Below the pieces are notes generated by a model, which worked only from the letters and a program-made list of their open reading frames with translations, made no database searches and was not told the DNA's origin. Below are positions 48,993-58,327 of a DNA stretch of 64,000 nucleotides, piece by piece (within the stretch, counting starts at the first letter, position 1; the number at the start of each line of letters is the position of its first letter). Source of the DNA: an uncultured Gammaproteobacteria bacterium (lineage in GTDB: Bacteria; Patescibacteriota; Microgenomatia; Levybacterales; UBA12049). The position numbers were made by a program, and so were the translations under genes. The stretch covers positions 53,610-117,609 of the forward strand of contig CAYYSJ010000002.1 of the NCBI GenBank assembly GCA_964474445.1, read 5' to 3'.

Positions 48993-49310
48993 ATGCAGTA
49001 TCCAGTACTTCTATTACAATTCTGGTATTTTACCGCACCAAAAGGTATTCTTGCCTATTTTGCATCGCTCAATGCCTCGTTTTTCCAACTGTTTTCAATA
49101 CCCCTTCTTTTACAAACATTCTTTAAACCATGGAAAAATGAGTATCGTGAGGGTTTGGTCGGTTTTTCTATTGCAATGGGAATTGTCGTAAAGTCTTGTG
49201 TTATCTTTGCTGGACTTGTCTTATTTGGTCTAGTACTTCTAGCTGAAACGAGTTTATTCATTGGTTTTCTACTTTGGCCTATTGCAACAGTCTATTTATT
49301 ATTTTTGTAA
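48993..49310 (+). CDS. Small membrane protein immediately upstream of the ClpB-like gene
   Basis: 105 aa, three TM helices. Its stop is 3 nt before the ClpB-like start. Confidence 0.35.
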   Translation: MQYPVLLLQFWYFTAPKGILAYFASLNASFFQLFSIPLLLQTFFKPWKNEYREGLVGFSIAMGIVVKSCVIFAGLVLFGLVLLAETSLFIGFLLWPIATVYLLFL

Positions 49311-49313
49311 TGT

Positions 49314-51674
49314 ATGGAATATTTTGCATCTTTGCACTATTTATATCGACAGTCCTGGGTAAGAATGGTAAGACTTCTTGTTCTGCTTGGGCTTAGTGGA
49401 TTTGTTTTACTTCATATACAAAACTTTGCATCAGTGAAACTTCTTCTTTTTATACTCTCACTATTTTTTATCAATGAAGTCTTCATTTCTTTTTCTCTCT
49501 CGCGAAAAATGCCCCTCTATAAAATTTCAGAAGAAAAAGATACTCTTCACAGTATAACGCTTGAGGCAATGGAAACATTGCTTCCCTCATCCACAAAAGT
49601 ATCTCTTACTAGGCTTTTAAAATACCCTCAAATCGAGTTTTTGTTGGGAAAAGCAATAATACAGAAAGAAGAAATACCCCTTACGGATATTGACAAAAAT
49701 GTACTTCTTGCAGAAGCGCGAAAACATGCAGAAACAGTGAAAGGAGCGTACGTTACAACAATAGATCTTGTTATTGCATATCTGCTTCTCACAGAAGACA
49801 AAACAAAGGTCTTGTTTAACAAGAAGATAAAAAAAGAAGATTTAGAAAATATAGCGTATTGGACGCATCTTCATTTTCCAGAGGAAGAACAAGAGAAGAA
49901 AACTCGAGTCACTTTTTGGGGTGAAGGTATAGGGCAATCCTTTGTATCAGGCTGGACTCTTGAAACAAAGAGGTACACCCAGGACTTTAGTAGTCTGGCA
50001 CTTCATAAGAAGCCTCTGCATGTAGAAAGAGAGAAAGAATATCGATTTCTTACAGAAACGCTTTCAAAAAAGGAGAATAACAATGTTATTTTAACTGGTG
50101 AAGTAGGAGCAGGAAAAGAAAGTTTGGTAGAAGCACTCGCAGTTGATAGCTTTATGGGGAGACTCAATCCTTCTCTGAACTATAAAAGAGTATTAGAGTT
50201 GTTGGTAGGATCACTCCTTGCGGGAGTTATGACCAAAGGAGAATTGCAAGAGCGGCTTGAGGCAATTTTACAGGAAGTATCTCATGCAGGAAATATTATT
50301 TTATATATTCCAGAGTTTCAAAGTGTTTTGGGATCATCATCTTTTGGAGTTGATATTTCAGATGTTTTAATACAATATCTTCGCAATGGCAAAATACCTA
50401 TTATCGGGACAATGACAGCAGCAAATTATAAATCATTCATGGAAAAAAGTACTCTGAGAGAGATGTTTGAGGTTATTACTCTTCCCGAACCCGATAAAAA
50501 ACAAGCAATGCAGATGCTCCTTCAGAAAGTATTTGAAATTGAAGAAAAATATCAGGTACACATTAGCTACCAAGCTGTTGTCACAGCTGTTGATTTGGCG
50601 GGCAAATATGTTGTGGACACAGTATTACCAGGGAATGCCGTTATCCTTTTAGAAGATACGGCGAATGCTATCGTCAATAAGAGAAAGGCAATGGTTGCTT
50701 CAGAGGATGTTATCGAAAAAGTAGAAAGTAAAACCAATATCCATGTGGGTGTACCCAAAAAAGCAGAAAAAGACCTCCTTCTTCATTTGGAAGAAAAAAT
50801 GCATGAGCGGGTTATTGGGCAGGATGGGGCAATTATTGCAGTTGCAGAAGCACTTCGTCGGCTTCGTGCAGGTATCGCGACGACAAACAAGCCTATCTCA
50901 TTTCTTTTCTTAGGTCCGACTGGTGTAGGTAAAACAGAAACTGCAAAAGCATTAGCTGCTTTGTATTTTGGGAAAGAGCAATCAATGCTTCGGTTTGATA
51001 TGAGTGAGTATAGTGATCCAACTGCGGTGATGAAGCTGTTAGGAGCTCCTGGGACAAGTCAGCGAGGAGAACTGACAGAGGCAGTACATGATAATCCTTT
51101 TTCCTTAATTTTACTTGATGAATTTGAAAAGGCAAATGAAGAAGTACTCAATCTTTTCTTGCAGGTTTTAGAGGATGGAAGACTCACAGATGGTCAAGGT
51201 AAGACTGTCTCATTTGCCAGTACGATTATTATTGCAACGTCAAATGCGGCGTCAGAGCTTATTCGTGAGGCTGTTAAGAAAGGAATAACAATCGATCACA
51301 CTTTTCAAAGCAAACTTCTTGAATTTTTACAACAAAAAGCTGTCTTCAAGCCTGAGTTGCTCAATAGATTTGATGCCATTGTCGCTTTTAGAAATTTGGA
51401 AGAGAAAGAAATAGAACAAGTGGTAAATCTGTTGTTAGCAGAGACGGTGAAAAAACTTGCCCAACAAGATATTACTCTTACCTATACGAGTGCAGTAGTA
51501 GATGCAGTGGCTACACAAGGGTATGATCCATCTTTTGGAGCTCGTCCTCTCAGACGATTTATTCAAGATAAAATAGAAGATATGCTTGCGAAAAAAATGC
51601 TCCAAGAATCTCTTTCGCGTGGTGCGAGAGTTACCCTCTCTGTGAATTCTTCAGGATCTATTATTGTAGGTTGA
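49314..51674 (+). CDS. ClpB/ClpC-like AAA+ chaperone with an N-terminal TM anchor and a degenerate first nucleotide-binding domain
   Basis: N-terminal two TM helices, then a Clp_N-like repeat. NBD1 Walker A reads GEVGAGKES and its Walker B reads ILYIPEF. NBD2 is canonical: FLFLGPTGVGKTETAKALA, LILLDEFEKAN, GARPLRR. No IGF/LGF ClpP loop was seen. Confidence 0.8.
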   Translation: MEYFASLHYLYRQSWVRMVRLLVLLGLSGFVLLHIQNFASVKLLLFILSLFFINEVFISFSLSRKMPLYKISEEKDTLHSITLEAMETLLPSSTKVSLTRLLKYPQIEFLLGKAIIQKEEIPLTDIDKNVLLAEARKHAETVKGAYVTTIDLVIAYLLLTEDKTKVLFNKKIKKEDLENIAYWTHLHFPEEEQEKKTRVTFWGEGIGQSFVSGWTLETKRYTQDFSSLALHKKPLHVEREKEYRFLTETLSKKENNNVILTGEVGAGKESLVEALAVDSFMGRLNPSLNYKRVLELLVGSLLAGVMTKGELQERLEAILQEVSHAGNIILYIPEFQSVLGSSSFGVDISDVLIQYLRNGKIPIIGTMTAANYKSFMEKSTLREMFEVITLPEPDKKQAMQMLLQKVFEIEEKYQVHISYQAVVTAVDLAGKYVVDTVLPGNAVILLEDTANAIVNKRKAMVASEDVIEKVESKTNIHVGVPKKAEKDLLLHLEEKMHERVIGQDGAIIAVAEALRRLRAGIATTNKPISFLFLGPTGVGKTETAKALAALYFGKEQSMLRFDMSEYSDPTAVMKLLGAPGTSQRGELTEAVHDNPFSLILLDEFEKANEEVLNLFLQVLEDGRLTDGQGKTVSFASTIIIATSNAASELIREAVKKGITIDHTFQSKLLEFLQQKAVFKPELLNRFDAIVAFRNLEEKEIEQVVNLLLAETVKKLAQQDITLTYTSAVVDAVATQGYDPSFGARPLRRFIQDKIEDMLAKKMLQESLSRGARVTLSVNSSGSIIVG

Positions 51675-51744
51675 TAGATAATGCTGAATCTGGTATACTG
51701 AACTGAGAAATTTAGGAATACAAAAGATCTTAAATCTTACTATT

Positions 51745-52755
51745 ATGCCAGCAGTACAACGAAGTGAATTCTATTTAGCACTTAACCAAGTCGCTACTGA
51801 GCGAGGGGTAAGTATTGACGTTATTCTTGAGACAGTTGAAGGAGCAATCCTTGCAGCATACAGAAAAGATCATCCTGGAATTGAAGCAGAAGAATATTCA
51901 GTCAAGCTTAATCCAAGCAGTGGAGAAGCACATGTCTATCACAATGGCAGTGATGTCACCCCTCCAGGTTTTGGTCGAATTGCAGCCCAGACAGCAAAAC
52001 AAGTTATTCTCCAAAAAGTGCGAGAAAAAGAGAAAGAAGCAATTTTAACAGACTTTTCAACCAAAATTGGTACTATTATGAATGGAACAGTTCTTAGATT
52101 TGCTGGACCTAATGTTATTGTTGACTTAGGTAAGACTGAAGCAATTATGCCTCCTCAAGAACAAATTTCTGCTGAAAGATATCACCAAAACCAAAGACTT
52201 TCTGTCTACATTGTTGAAATTCGAGAAGGTGTTCGAGGTCAAGAACTCGTTGTTTCACGATCTCATACTGGTCTTTTGGAAGGACTTTTCAAACGTGAAG
52301 TTCCTGAAATAGCGCAAGGAACAGTTGTTATTAAGGGAATTGCTCGAGAAGCAGGAAGTCGATCAAAAGTTGCCGTTGCATCCACACAAGCAGGTATTGA
52401 TCCAGTTGGAAGTTGTGTTGGACAGAAAGGTGTCAGAGTTCAGGCAATCATTCAGGAGTTTGGCGGTCTTGAGAAAATTGATATTATTCAATGGCAAGAA
52501 GATACTAAGGCATTTATCGCAGCTGCATTGTCTCCAGCAAAAGATTTAACAATTACCCTTGATTCTGATAATAGAACAGCATTTGTGGTTGCTCCAAAAG
52601 ACCAATTGTCAATTGCCATTGGAAAAGAGGGACAAAATGCACGTCTTGCATCAAAATTAACGGGTTGGAGAATTGAAATACGAGAAAATGAAAGTATAGG
52701 AGAAGAAGCAAAGGAAGAACATACAGAAGAAGTTGAAGAAGCAACGGTTGCATAA
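51745..52755 (+). CDS. nusA: Transcription termination/antitermination factor NusA (no C-terminal AR repeats)
   Basis: The N-terminal domain, S1 and two KH-like domains (VAVASTQAGIDPVGSCVGQKGVRVQAI; QLSIAIGKEGQNARLASKLTGWRIEI). 336 aa. Confidence 0.9.
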   Translation: MPAVQRSEFYLALNQVATERGVSIDVILETVEGAILAAYRKDHPGIEAEEYSVKLNPSSGEAHVYHNGSDVTPPGFGRIAAQTAKQVILQKVREKEKEAILTDFSTKIGTIMNGTVLRFAGPNVIVDLGKTEAIMPPQEQISAERYHQNQRLSVYIVEIREGVRGQELVVSRSHTGLLEGLFKREVPEIAQGTVVIKGIAREAGSRSKVAVASTQAGIDPVGSCVGQKGVRVQAIIQEFGGLEKIDIIQWQEDTKAFIAAALSPAKDLTITLDSDNRTAFVVAPKDQLSIAIGKEGQNARLASKLTGWRIEIRENESIGEEAKEEHTEEVEEATVA

Positions 52756-52850
52756 ATATGAGAAGTCTTAGTCTATTCACATTAGTCTTCTAATAATTCT
52801 TCTGTCGAAAAGGTACTAAAGTGACGTAAGTCACGTGTTTTCAAAAAATT

Positions 52851-54302
52851 ATGACAAATTTCCCACCAGTTGTATCAGTATTAGGCCATGTAGATCATGG
52901 GAAAACTACTCTTTTGGATGCTATCAGAAAAAGTAATATCGCCAATCGTGAACATGGGGGTATTACACAAAAAATTGGTGCATCCACTGTTGAAATAGTT
53001 CACGATGGAGAGAAAAGACTCATTACTTTTATTGATACTCCTGGTCATGAAGCATTTTCCTCAATGCGTAGTCGGGGTGCTCGAGTTGCAGATATTGGTA
53101 TTTTAGTTATTGCTGCTAATGACGGTGTGATGCCTCAAACAAAAGAGTCTATACAGCTTCTTAAAAATGCCCAAATTCCTTTTATTGTTGCCTTTACGAA
53201 GTCAGATCTACCAGAAGCTCAAGTCGAAAAAGTAAAACAACAGCTTTTAAAAGAGGATATTATCGTGGATAGTATGGGAGGGGAAGTCCCGTCTCTTGAA
53301 GTTTCTGCAAAGTCTGGTCACAATATAAAAGAACTCCTTGACCTTATTCTCTTAGTGTTTGAAATGAATTATACACTGGAACGTGAAACAGGAAATGTAG
53401 CCTCCAACAAGCCACTAGAAGCTGTCGTTATTGAATCCCGCCTTGATCCAAAGTCAGGAGCGAGAGCAACAATAGTGATAAAAAATGGCACCCTTTCAGT
53501 AAAAGATATGGTGGTTGCGAAGTCGACGACAACGTCAGGGCAAGCAACGGGTAAAGTGAGATCTCTTGTGACCGATACAGGTGCGATGGTGCAGTCAGCA
53601 ACTATTGGAGATGCAGTTGAAGTGTTGGGTTTTGAGGAAGTACCACCTGTTGGAAGTATTGTTAGAAAACAAGGAGAAGCAGCGGTTGGGTTGGTTGAGG
53701 CTCCTCATGTTACAAAAGCGAAAAAAGCAGAAGAAGAAAGTTTGTTGTCTCTTATTCTTGTTGCTGACACTCAAGGATCTCTCGAGGCTATTTTATATTC
53801 ACTTCCTGAAGGAGTAAATGTTATCTTGTCAAAGACAGGAGATGTGTCTGAAGCGGACGTCCTTATGGCTAAATCGGTAGGAGCGATTATCCTCACATTC
53901 AACCTCAAGCTCAAACCGGATCTTCAAAAATTTGCGTTGACTGAAAAAGTCTTACTCAAAAATTACACTATTATTTATGAATTACTGGATGAATTGCGAG
54001 ATGTTATGGAAGGGAAAGCATTAGCAGGTATGGAGCAGCTCTACGGTGCTGCACGTATTTTAGCCACATTTCCTTTTGAAAAGACTCAGGTTTTGGGAGT
54101 CAAAGTCCTTGAAGGAAGAATTGCAAAAGGTGATAAGATTCGTATCATGAGAGATGATATAGTAATTGGTGAAAGTAGTATTGTTTCTCTAAGACAAGGC
54201 AAAAACCCAACCTCAAAAGTGGAGAAAAATCAAGAAGCGGGTATTCTCATTTCTCCTTTTCTTGACTTTTCTGTAGGAGATGTGATACTATCTCATAGTT
54301 AG
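52851..54302 (+). CDS. infB: Translation initiation factor IF-2, minimal form starting at the G domain
   Basis: The start MTNFPPVVSVLGHVDHGKTTLLD is the P-loop at residue about 10. DTPGHEAF. FTKSDL in place of NKxD. The C-terminal beta-barrels are present. 483 aa. Confidence 0.9.
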   Translation: MTNFPPVVSVLGHVDHGKTTLLDAIRKSNIANREHGGITQKIGASTVEIVHDGEKRLITFIDTPGHEAFSSMRSRGARVADIGILVIAANDGVMPQTKESIQLLKNAQIPFIVAFTKSDLPEAQVEKVKQQLLKEDIIVDSMGGEVPSLEVSAKSGHNIKELLDLILLVFEMNYTLERETGNVASNKPLEAVVIESRLDPKSGARATIVIKNGTLSVKDMVVAKSTTTSGQATGKVRSLVTDTGAMVQSATIGDAVEVLGFEEVPPVGSIVRKQGEAAVGLVEAPHVTKAKKAEEESLLSLILVADTQGSLEAILYSLPEGVNVILSKTGDVSEADVLMAKSVGAIILTFNLKLKPDLQKFALTEKVLLKNYTIIYELLDELRDVMEGKALAGMEQLYGAARILATFPFEKTQVLGVKVLEGRIAKGDKIRIMRDDIVIGESSIVSLRQGKNPTSKVEKNQEAGILISPFLDFSVGDVILSHS

Positions 54303-54304
54303 TT

Positions 54305-55372
54305 ATGGATAATAACATGTTCCAGCGTCTTAAAGACCTGGTAACTCAACATCAGTCAATAGGTATCATTGTCCCTCCAAACCCAACCCATGATGAAATG
54401 GCCGCAGGTCTCGGTATGTATTTAGCGCTCAAACAAATGGATAAAAATGTGAGCGTTGCATGCCCAACAGATCCAACCGTTGCTATTTCATCCCTTGTTG
54501 GTATCGATAAGGTACAAAGAGCCTTATCAGGTGCAGGAGGAGATTTGGTTGTCACATTTCCTTATCGAGAAGGAGAAATTGAAAAAGTTTCTTATACTGT
54601 TGACAATGGACAGCTCAATATTGTTGTAAAAGCTGGTCAAAATGGCCTATCTTTCAGTCAGTCAGATGTCCAATTTCGACAAGGTGGAGCAATTCCTACA
54701 CTCATTTTTATGATGGGAATTACTGATCTGAATCAAATAGCAGGTGTTGTAAATCCAGCAGAAATGAGTGGAACAACAGTGGTAAATATAGATAACAAGC
54801 CAAGTAATACTGGATTTGGAGATGTCGTTCATGTTTCTCCAAGGTTCAGTTCCATTTCAGAAATGGTTGCAGATTTCTTGACCCTTCTTGAGCCACAAAT
54901 TGAATTAGATGTTGATACTTCCCAAAATCTTCTTTCTGGTATCCTATCTTCTACTGCTGATTTTCAAAATGGTAAAGGGAGTTATTTAGCGTTTGAAATG
55001 GCAGGTATCTTGATGAAAAAGGGTGCAGTTAGATCAGTGAATGGTAATTTTGCAAGTCCAACAACAACACAAATGCCAACAAATAACTATTTCCCACAAC
55101 AGCAGCCAGCGCCTGTTCAACCAGCTGTTCAACAATCAGTACAGCAACCCGTTCAGCAACCTCAACCGATGGCAATGCCTCAACAACCTGTGGCGCCAAT
55201 ACAACAGGCAACTGAGCCAATGCAACCTTTTGGTACAGTTCAGGGTGCTCAACCAGTTCAAAATGCACAACCTCAACAGCCAACTCAACCATTCGATCAA
55301 TCCCAGAATCAACAACAGCCTCCAGCTGATTGGTTAACTCCAAAAGTATATAAAGGAAGCACAGTAATCTAA
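54305..55372 (+). CDS. DHH/DHHA1-family (NrnA-like) protein with degenerate catalytic motifs and a Gln/Pro-rich C-terminal tail
   Basis: NrnA-like fold. The DHH motif is replaced by NIDNKPSN and GDTGRF by SSTADF. The C-terminal 110 aa are Q/P-rich low complexity (QQPAPVQPAVQQSVQQPVQQPQP...). Confidence 0.55.
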   Translation: MDNNMFQRLKDLVTQHQSIGIIVPPNPTHDEMAAGLGMYLALKQMDKNVSVACPTDPTVAISSLVGIDKVQRALSGAGGDLVVTFPYREGEIEKVSYTVDNGQLNIVVKAGQNGLSFSQSDVQFRQGGAIPTLIFMMGITDLNQIAGVVNPAEMSGTTVVNIDNKPSNTGFGDVVHVSPRFSSISEMVADFLTLLEPQIELDVDTSQNLLSGILSSTADFQNGKGSYLAFEMAGILMKKGAVRSVNGNFASPTTTQMPTNNYFPQQQPAPVQPAVQQSVQQPVQQPQPMAMPQQPVAPIQQATEPMQPFGTVQGAQPVQNAQPQQPTQPFDQSQNQQQPPADWLTPKVYKGSTVI

Positions 55373-55519
55373 ACTTCTCATCACCCTCATTTCTAACAGA
55401 GTCCCTATTTTGTTGTAACAATTTGTACCTAGCTCATTTTTGAGGTTTATCAAAAGAAATGAGATCAATAGATGCTATGAAACAGATAAAGTTCTAGGAT
55501 TGCGGATAGGAAGAAAACC

Positions 55520-55528
55520 TGCTATAAT
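55520..55528 (+). promoter_or_regulatory. Extended -10 promoter TGCTATAAT upstream of rpsO (11-nt leader)
   Basis: The same 9-mer as at 16293 and 17301. The ATG follows at 55540 with no SD. Confidence 0.45.
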
Positions 55529-55539
55529 ACATACACTTT

Positions 55540-55809
55540 ATGGTTCTCAATACAGTTCAAAAGCAAGATATTATTAAGCAATTCCGAACTCAAGACGGAG
55601 ATACAGGGAGTCCTGAGGTACAAATTGCACTCTTAACTCACAGAATTAAAGCTCTTATCGCACATTTACAAGGTCATGCACATGATAATCACAGTAGACG
55701 TGGTCTTTTGTCCATGATTGCAAAAAGAAGAAGACTTCTCAATTTCTTGGAGAAAGTTGATAAAGTACGTGCAAAAGATATTATTGAAAAGCTTGGTCTT
55801 CGAAGTTAA
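55540..55809 (+). CDS. rpsO: 30S ribosomal protein S15
   Basis: 89 aa. GDTGSPEVQIALLTHRIKALIAHL..HDNHSRRGLL S15 signature. Confidence 0.95.
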   Translation: MVLNTVQKQDIIKQFRTQDGDTGSPEVQIALLTHRIKALIAHLQGHAHDNHSRRGLLSMIAKRRRLLNFLEKVDKVRAKDIIEKLGLRS

Positions 55810-55906
55810 CATCGAATTTGCTTCTGTGTTGATAGTAGAAAAAAAAGAAAAAGTATTTTATAATTAAAAAGTTTTATAAAGAATAAAAGAACGAAAGATA
55901 TATATA

Positions 55907-58207
55907 ATGAAAGTTACCTCAAAATCAATTGAATTCGCCGGAAAAACACTCACATTTGAAACCGGAAAATGGGCACAACAGGCAACAGCAGCTGTGAGAG
56001 CACAGCTTGGTGACACTGTTGTGTTAGCAACTGTTGTTGAAGGAAAAGATAGAGAAGATTTAGGCTATTTCCCTCTTTCTATTGAATACGTAGAACGTCT
56101 TTATGCTGGTGGAAAAATTAAAGGAAGTCGTTGGGTAAAAAGAGAAGGACGACCCTCAGATGGAGCAGTATTATCTGGAAGATTGATTGATAGATCTATT
56201 CGACCACTATTCCCTAAAGAATTCAAAAAAGAAGTTCAGGTTGTTGTGACTGTCTTGTCCGTTGATGGAGAAAATGAACCAGATATTTTAGGACTCAATG
56301 CAGTCTCTGCAGCACTTGCCATGTCTCGGATTCCTTGGAAAGGCCCAGTTGGTGCTGTAAGAATGGGATATGTTCAAGCAGGTGACTCAGAAGATGCAGG
56401 GTTTTTGGTAAATCCTGGTGGAGCAGAACTCGATCTTTCAGAGTTAGACTTAGTTGTTTCACAGACACGAGAAAAGACGCTCATGATTGAAGCAGGAGCC
56501 TTACAGGTTCCAGAAGATGTCATGCTTGAAGCAGTAAAAAGAAGTCACAGTGAAACTACAAAGCTTCTTAACTTTATTGAGGAATTTGCAAAAGAAGCAG
56601 CTACGGGGACAAAACCAGTTATTGAAAAAGATCCAGCATTTGTCGAGTTGTGCCATCGCATCGATGAAAAATACAAATCAGACGTTCAAAACCTGATTAA
56701 ACAACAAGCTGCAAAAGAAGGTGGTCCGTCAACAGAAAGAGATGCCTTGATTGATAGGATTTTTGCAGATGAACAAGCAGCAAATCCTGAAGCTCCAACT
56801 GATAAAAAGACAATCAGTAAAGCAGTTGAATATGTCTTTTTCCAAACCATTCGAAGTAATGTATTGGACAAAGATGAGCGTGCAGATGGGAGAAAGTTAG
56901 ATGAAATTCGTCCACTTAGTGTTGAAGTTGGAGTCCTTCCAAGAACCCACGGTTCTGCAGTATTCCAAAGAGGCCAGACACAAGTTCTTACAGTTGCAAC
57001 TCTTGGCTCTGCTCGAATGGAACAGCTTATTGAGTCAGCAGAAGGAGAAGAGCGAAAAAGATATATTCATCATTACTCATTTCCTCCTTACTCTGTGGGA
57101 GAAGCAGGAAAAATTGGAATGCTTTCACGACGAGAAATTGGTCATGGGGCACTTGCAGAACGTGCACTCTTGGCAGTTATCCCATCTGCAGATGTTTTTC
57201 CCTATACGATGAGATTAGTCTCTGAAACACTTTCATCGAATGGATCTACATCAATGGCATCTACCTGTGGTTCAACGCTTGCTCTTATGGATGCTGGAGT
57301 ACCAATTCTAAAGCCCGTTGCTGGTATATCAGTTGGAAAGATGTCTTATGTTGATGAGAAAGGCAAAGTTACAAAATACAAACTGCTCACTGATATTATC
57401 GGACTTGAGGATTTTTCAGGAGATATGGATTTTAAAGTCGCTGGGACAACTGATGGAATCACTGCAATTCAGCTTGATGTGAAAGATGCAGGGCTAACCG
57501 TTGAACAAATTGAAGAAGTATTCCAAAGAGCAAGAGAAGCAAGACTGAAGATTTTGGATGTCATGCTTACAGCAATTACAGAGCCTCGTTCTACAGTAAG
57601 TGAGTACGCACCTAAAGTAGCAGTTGTTCATATCCCAGTTGAGAAGATTGGTGAACTCATTGGACCTGGAGGCAGAGTTATTAAAAATATCATTGCAACA
57701 ACAGGTGCAGATGTTGAGGTGCAAGATGATGGCACAGTGAGTATCTCAGCAGTGTCTGAGGATCAGTTACAAGCAGCTGTCTCATGGGTACAGGGGCTAA
57801 CACGAGAAGTCAAAGTTGGAGAGGTATTTGAGGATGCAGAAGTAAAAAGAATTTTACCATTTGGTGCATTTGTAGAATTTTTACCAGGGAAAGAAGGAAT
57901 GGTTCACGTTTCAAAGATGGCAGATCATTTTGTTCAAAATCCTGCAGAAGTTGTGAATATTGGAGATCGGGTTAAAATATGGGTTCAAGAAATTGATGAT
58001 CAGGGAAGAATTAATCTTTCAATGATTGATCCATCACAGCTTCCAGCACGTCAACCACGAGAAGATAGAGGTCCACGTGAACATCGAGAGTTTCGAGGGA
58101 ATGACCGAGGTGTAGAGAGACCAAAACATCCATTAGCAATGCAATTTGAACGAGAAAAACGACAACAAAAAAGACAATATGGTCCAAAGCGAAACTTCGA
58201 TAGGTAA
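55907..58207 (+). CDS. pnp: Polyribonucleotide nucleotidyltransferase (PNPase) with an Arg/Glu-rich C-terminal tail
   Basis: Two RNase PH domains, KH (GPGGRVIKNII) and S1 (GEVFEDAEVKRILPFGAFVEF). 766 aa. Confidence 0.97.
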   Translation: MKVTSKSIEFAGKTLTFETGKWAQQATAAVRAQLGDTVVLATVVEGKDREDLGYFPLSIEYVERLYAGGKIKGSRWVKREGRPSDGAVLSGRLIDRSIRPLFPKEFKKEVQVVVTVLSVDGENEPDILGLNAVSAALAMSRIPWKGPVGAVRMGYVQAGDSEDAGFLVNPGGAELDLSELDLVVSQTREKTLMIEAGALQVPEDVMLEAVKRSHSETTKLLNFIEEFAKEAATGTKPVIEKDPAFVELCHRIDEKYKSDVQNLIKQQAAKEGGPSTERDALIDRIFADEQAANPEAPTDKKTISKAVEYVFFQTIRSNVLDKDERADGRKLDEIRPLSVEVGVLPRTHGSAVFQRGQTQVLTVATLGSARMEQLIESAEGEERKRYIHHYSFPPYSVGEAGKIGMLSRREIGHGALAERALLAVIPSADVFPYTMRLVSETLSSNGSTSMASTCGSTLALMDAGVPILKPVAGISVGKMSYVDEKGKVTKYKLLTDIIGLEDFSGDMDFKVAGTTDGITAIQLDVKDAGLTVEQIEEVFQRAREARLKILDVMLTAITEPRSTVSEYAPKVAVVHIPVEKIGELIGPGGRVIKNIIATTGADVEVQDDGTVSISAVSEDQLQAAVSWVQGLTREVKVGEVFEDAEVKRILPFGAFVEFLPGKEGMVHVSKMADHFVQNPAEVVNIGDRVKIWVQEIDDQGRINLSMIDPSQLPARQPREDRGPREHREFRGNDRGVERPKHPLAMQFEREKRQQKRQYGPKRNFDR

Positions 58208-58327
58208 CCGCAATTTTCAATTTTTAGTTCTCAATTTCCATTTGATGTTCATTGCTTCAGTTTCAAAGAGTTCGATTGATGTCCTGTGAGATTTGATTAA
58301 AAATGGTAAATTGAAGATTGGAAATTT

